From Spirochaetia bacterium (GTDB lineage: Bacteria; Spirochaetota; Spirochaetia; SZUA-6; Bin103), in assembly GCA_965203515.1 (NCBI GenBank), contig OZ241907.1, positions 1,024,001 through 1,088,000 on the forward strand: a stretch of 64,000 nt of DNA, in the 5' to 3' direction. Numbering within the stretch: position 1 is the first letter of the stretch; every line of letters begins with the position of its first letter. Below the pieces are notes generated by a model. It saw only the letters and a program-made list of their open reading frames with translations, was not told the origin of the DNA and searched no databases. This document shows, piece by piece, positions 60,771 through 64,000 of the stretch. The position numbers were made by a program, and so were the translations under genes.

Positions 60771-61418
60771 ATGGCTCCGCGAACGTCCGCGGCCGAGCGC
60801 AGCAACGCCGAGTGGCTGGCGGCGCTCGCGCCGGATGCGCCCGGGCGGTCGGCCGCCATCGAGGAGCTCCGCCTGACCCTGGTCGCGGGGCTGCGCCGCG
60901 GACTGTTGCAGGGGCGCGGCATGCGGCGGCGCGAGTTCGCCGAGCAGGCCGAGGACTTCGCCCAGGAAGCGATGGTCCGGGTCCTGGCCGGCCTCGACGC
61001 CTTCCGCGACGAGAGCCGCTTCGTTACCTGGGCGCACAAGATCGCCCTCCGCGTCGCCCTCACCGAGCTGCGCCGCAAGCGCTGGAACGACGTGTCGCTC
61101 GACACGCTGCTCGTCTCCTCGGAAGGGGAGTCGATCCCGCGCGCCCTGGCCGACCCGTCGGTCGGCCCGGAGGGGGCTGCCCGGCGCGCCGCCAGCCTGG
61201 ACCGCGTGCTGCGCTATATCCGCGAGGACCTCACCGACAAGCAACGCACGGCCATGACCGCCGCCGTCCTGCGCGGCATGCCGCTCGAGGAGGTGGCGCG
61301 GCGCATGTCGATGAGCCGCAACGCCCTCTACAAGCTGCTGCACGATGCGCGTAAGCGTTTGAAGCGCCGCATGCTCCAAGACGGCATAACTCCCGACGAC
61401 GTACTGGCGGCATTCTGA
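60771..61418 (+). CDS. ECF sigma-70 factor
   Basis: AEDFAQEA, FRDESRFVTWAHKIA, RNALYKLLHDARKRL. Confidence 0.92.
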   Translation: MAPRTSAAERSNAEWLAALAPDAPGRSAAIEELRLTLVAGLRRGLLQGRGMRRREFAEQAEDFAQEAMVRVLAGLDAFRDESRFVTWAHKIALRVALTELRRKRWNDVSLDTLLVSSEGESIPRALADPSVGPEGAARRAASLDRVLRYIREDLTDKQRTAMTAAVLRGMPLEEVARRMSMSRNALYKLLHDARKRLKRRMLQDGITPDDVLAAF

Positions 61419-61460
61419 TGGGGCCGGAGATGAGGGGGCCGGAGATGAAGGAGGCGAGGA

Positions 61461-61784
61461 GTGCCGGCGCGTAGCCGCGATCCGTACCGCGACCTCAAGG
61501 CCGCGCACGGCCGGCCGGCGCGCCCGCCGCGCCGCGCCGCGGCGCTGCAGGACGAGATGACCCGGCTGGCCCGACAGGCGTTGCGCGCCGCGCTCGACCT
61601 TACCCGCGACGAAGAACTGGACTGCGGCGAGTGCCACGAGCTGCTCGACCGGTTCGCGGAGCTGCACGCCGCCGGCCGGGACGTGCGCGCGCTGCTGCCG
61701 CTGGTCTACCTCCACCTGCAGGCGTGCGGCGACTGCTTCGAGGAGTTCGAGGCGCTGCGCCGCGTGGTCGCCGCCCGGCGATGA
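61461..61784 (+). CDS. putative zinc-binding anti-sigma factor
   Basis: ELDCGEC and HLQACGDC (HxxxCxxC), directly downstream of the sigma factor. Confidence 0.75.
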   Translation: MPARSRDPYRDLKAAHGRPARPPRRAAALQDEMTRLARQALRAALDLTRDEELDCGECHELLDRFAELHAAGRDVRALLPLVYLHLQACGDCFEEFEALRRVVAARR

Positions 61785-62545
61785 CCGCCCCGAACCGACA
61801 GGTACGGCCGGACCGGCAGGTACGGCTGGTGCTGGCGGGACCGCGCGACGGGCGCAACGTCGGCTCGGTCTGCCGGGCGATGAAGACGATGGGGCTGCGC
61901 GACCTCTACATCGTCGCCGGCGACTTCGACCCCAGCGACGCGCGCGCGGCGGCCGTGCACGCCGCCGACGTGTTCGATGCCGCGCCGCGCCCGCGCTCCC
62001 TGCCGGAGGCGATCGCCGACTGCGACGAGGCGATCGCCGTCAGCCGCCGCCGCGGCAAGCGCCGCAAGCTGGCGCCGATGCCGCTTTCCCGCCTGCCGGA
62101 GCATCTGGCCGCCCGCGGTCCGGGCGTCACCGCGCTGGTCTTCGGCACCGAGGCGACCGGCCTCCGCGACGAGGAGATCGCCTGCTGCACCGGGATGCTG
62201 TCGATCCCGACCCATCCCGACTTCCCCTCGCTGAACCTCTCGCACGCGGCGCAGATCGTCGCCTACGAACTGTTTCGCGCCCGCGGCCGGCACGTCCCGG
62301 CCCGCTACTACGAACCGGTCGCCCTCAAGCAGGTCGACGCCGCGCTCGACCCGCTGCTCGACCTGCTGGTCGGCATCGACTTCTTCCGCCAGGCCGGCCC
62401 GGACGAACTGCGCGTGTTCCTGCGCGACATCCTGTCTCGGGCGGGGCTGGCCGCCGCCGAGTGCGAGCGGCTGCAGACGCTCTTCCACAGCATGCGGGGC
62501 ATCGTGCTGCACCGCCCCGCGCGGCACCCTGCATCGGGCGACTGA
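61781..62545 (+). CDS. TrmJ/TrmH-family SPOUT RNA methyltransferase
   Basis: NVGSVCRAMKTMG, LVFGTEATGL, IPT.P.FPSLNLSHA. Confidence 0.9.
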   Translation: MTAPNRQVRPDRQVRLVLAGPRDGRNVGSVCRAMKTMGLRDLYIVAGDFDPSDARAAAVHAADVFDAAPRPRSLPEAIADCDEAIAVSRRRGKRRKLAPMPLSRLPEHLAARGPGVTALVFGTEATGLRDEEIACCTGMLSIPTHPDFPSLNLSHAAQIVAYELFRARGRHVPARYYEPVALKQVDAALDPLLDLLVGIDFFRQAGPDELRVFLRDILSRAGLAAAECERLQTLFHSMRGIVLHRPARHPASGD

Positions 62546-62548
62546 GCG

Positions 62549-63652
62549 ATGGGCTACCGACTGCGCGACGCCGGCGACCTGCCCAGCCCGGCGCTGCTGA
62601 TCGACCTGGACCGGTTCGACCGCAACGCCGACCGGGTGATCGCCATGGCCGGATCGCCGGATCGGGTCTGGCCGCACGTCAAGACCCAGAAGTCGGCCGA
62701 CCTGACGCGCCGCCTGATGCGGCGCGGCTTTCGCCGGTTCAAGTGCACGACGATCGCCGAGGCGGAGATGCTGGCCGGCGTGGAGGCCCGGGAGGCGCTG
62801 ATCGCCTACCAGCTTCTGGGACCGAACCCGCGCCGGCTGGCGGAACTGGCCCGCCGCCATCCCGGCACGCGGTTTTCGACGCTGGTCGACGACCCCGGCC
62901 CACTGCGCGCGGTGTCGGCGGCGGCCGCCGCGGCCGGGGTCACGATCGGCGTCATGCTCGACGTCGACCTGGGCATGCACCGGACCGGCGTCGCGCCGGA
63001 CGGCGACGCGGCGGTCGCCCTCTACCGGCTCATCGCCGGCCTGCCGGGCGTCGAGCCGGTCGGCCTGCACGGCTACGACGGCCACAACCATCAGCGGAGC
63101 CGCGGCGAGCGCGACGCCGCCTGCGATCGGGGGGCCGCTTCGATCGCGGCGCTGCGGGATCGGCTGCGGGCGGCCGGCCTGCCGGTGCCGCGGCGCATCA
63201 TGGGCGGCACGCCCACCTTTCCCTGCCACGCCCGGCAGCCGGACGCGGAGCTGTCTCCCGGCACCTGCTTCCTGCACGATCAGGGCTACGCCGACCTGTT
63301 CCCGGACCTGACGTTCGAGCACGCGGCGCTGTTGTTCACGCGGGTGCTGAGCGCCTCCACGCCCGGGTACGTGACCTTCGACCTGGGCAACAAGGCGATC
63401 GCCGCCGACCCGCGCGGCGAGCGGGGCCGCTTTCTGGCCATCCCCGGCACGCGCACCCTGGTCCACAATGAGGAGCACTGGTTGCTGGCGGTCTCTCCCG
63501 ACCTGCGCTTCCGGGTCGGCGAGGAGCACTACGTGGTGCCCGCGCACGTCTGCCCGTGCGTGGCGCTGCACCGGCAGTTCCTTGCCGTGCAGGACGGCCG
63601 CGTGCGGGCGGCGTGGGAGGTGACCGCCCGCGACCGCGCGCTGACCGTCTGA
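62549..63652 (+). CDS. D-threonine aldolase/DSD1-family PLP-dependent enzyme
   Basis: SPALLID, PHVKT, TIAEAE, GMHRTG, HGYDGH, EEH, P.HVCP. Confidence 0.9.
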   Translation: MGYRLRDAGDLPSPALLIDLDRFDRNADRVIAMAGSPDRVWPHVKTQKSADLTRRLMRRGFRRFKCTTIAEAEMLAGVEAREALIAYQLLGPNPRRLAELARRHPGTRFSTLVDDPGPLRAVSAAAAAAGVTIGVMLDVDLGMHRTGVAPDGDAAVALYRLIAGLPGVEPVGLHGYDGHNHQRSRGERDAACDRGAASIAALRDRLRAAGLPVPRRIMGGTPTFPCHARQPDAELSPGTCFLHDQGYADLFPDLTFEHAALLFTRVLSASTPGYVTFDLGNKAIAADPRGERGRFLAIPGTRTLVHNEEHWLLAVSPDLRFRVGEEHYVVPAHVCPCVALHRQFLAVQDGRVRAAWEVTARDRALTV

Positions 63653-63809
63653 CGGCCGGCCGATATCCTGAGCGCCGCCGGCGGCCTCTTGGCAATGTCT
63701 ATGCGAGCGTCTGTACGAGACGCAGTTCCGTCGGTAAGATGCGCGGGCCGGCTGTCCCGCACGCGCGGAGGGCCGAGCAGCGAAGACCAGACCCGAAGAG
63801 GATGGAGCG

Positions 63810-64000
63810 TTGAGCACGAGTTCACAGTTCGCGGCGCCACGAACCCTGGATGAGGCGACGGCCCTGCTGGCGCGGCACGGCTCCGCCGCCCGCGTGGTGG
63901 CCGGAGCCACCGACCTGATGGTGCAGGTGCGCATTGCGGGCGACTACCCCGAACACTATGTCGATATCAAGCATGTCCCCGAAGTCAACGTGATCGACCT
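63810..64000 (+). CDS. FAD-binding subunit of a molybdo-flavoenzyme (partial, runs off the window)
   Basis: PRTLDEA..LL, VVAGATDLMV, VDIK. Confidence 0.8.
   Translation, partial: MSTSSQFAAPRTLDEATALLARHGSAARVVAGATDLMVQVRIAGDYPEHYVDIKHVPEVNVID

Noticed and set aside
13608..63934. Long Arg/Ala/Pro-rich ORFs overlapping real genes (e.g. 30738..34115, 30944..33994, 61706..63934)
   Set aside because: Shadow ORFs typical of very high-GC DNA; they have no motifs and overlap well-supported genes.
1..64000. tRNA/rRNA genes, Cascade/Cas3 genes, prophage structural genes
   Set aside because: No recognisable signatures. Interference genes, if present, lie outside the window, so the I-G subtype rests on the Cas4-Cas1 fusion and repeat style.

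Overview
High-GC bacterial window with four zones. (1) 1-11.8 kb: the 3' end of a type I-G (I-U)-like CRISPR-Cas locus, with a cas4-cas1 fusion, cas2, a leader and a 92-repeat array (hand count) split in one spacer by an ISL3 element that itself carries an IS3. (2) 12.7-43.1 kb: mostly metabolic genes. These include four PhyH-family Fe(II)/2OG enzymes (two with halogenase-type HxA/HxG motifs), three aldo-keto reductases, a ThDP enzyme, a desaturase, a Bd0055-like bacterial histone, an RRM protein, a Mo-hydroxylase large subunit and a coxG-S-M-D-E-like cluster. (3) 43.2-60.6 kb: a rearranged accessory island. Three lower-GC secreted-protein genes on + (two modular Cys-containing lipoproteins, one bracketed by inverted repeats, and one hexapeptide-repeat protein) alternate with three decaying copies of a minus-strand type I RM / HNH / AIPR / MNT-HEPN operon. 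A second ISL3::IS3 and many microhomology or templated junctions are also present. (4) 60.7-64 kb: ECF sigma/anti-sigma, RNA methyltransferase, PLP enzyme and a partial FAD-binding subunit. The best candidates for something new are the IR-bounded variable lipoprotein cassette with its island, and the putative halogenase cluster. All family calls come from motif recognition by eye, with no database search, and several start codons are my estimates.
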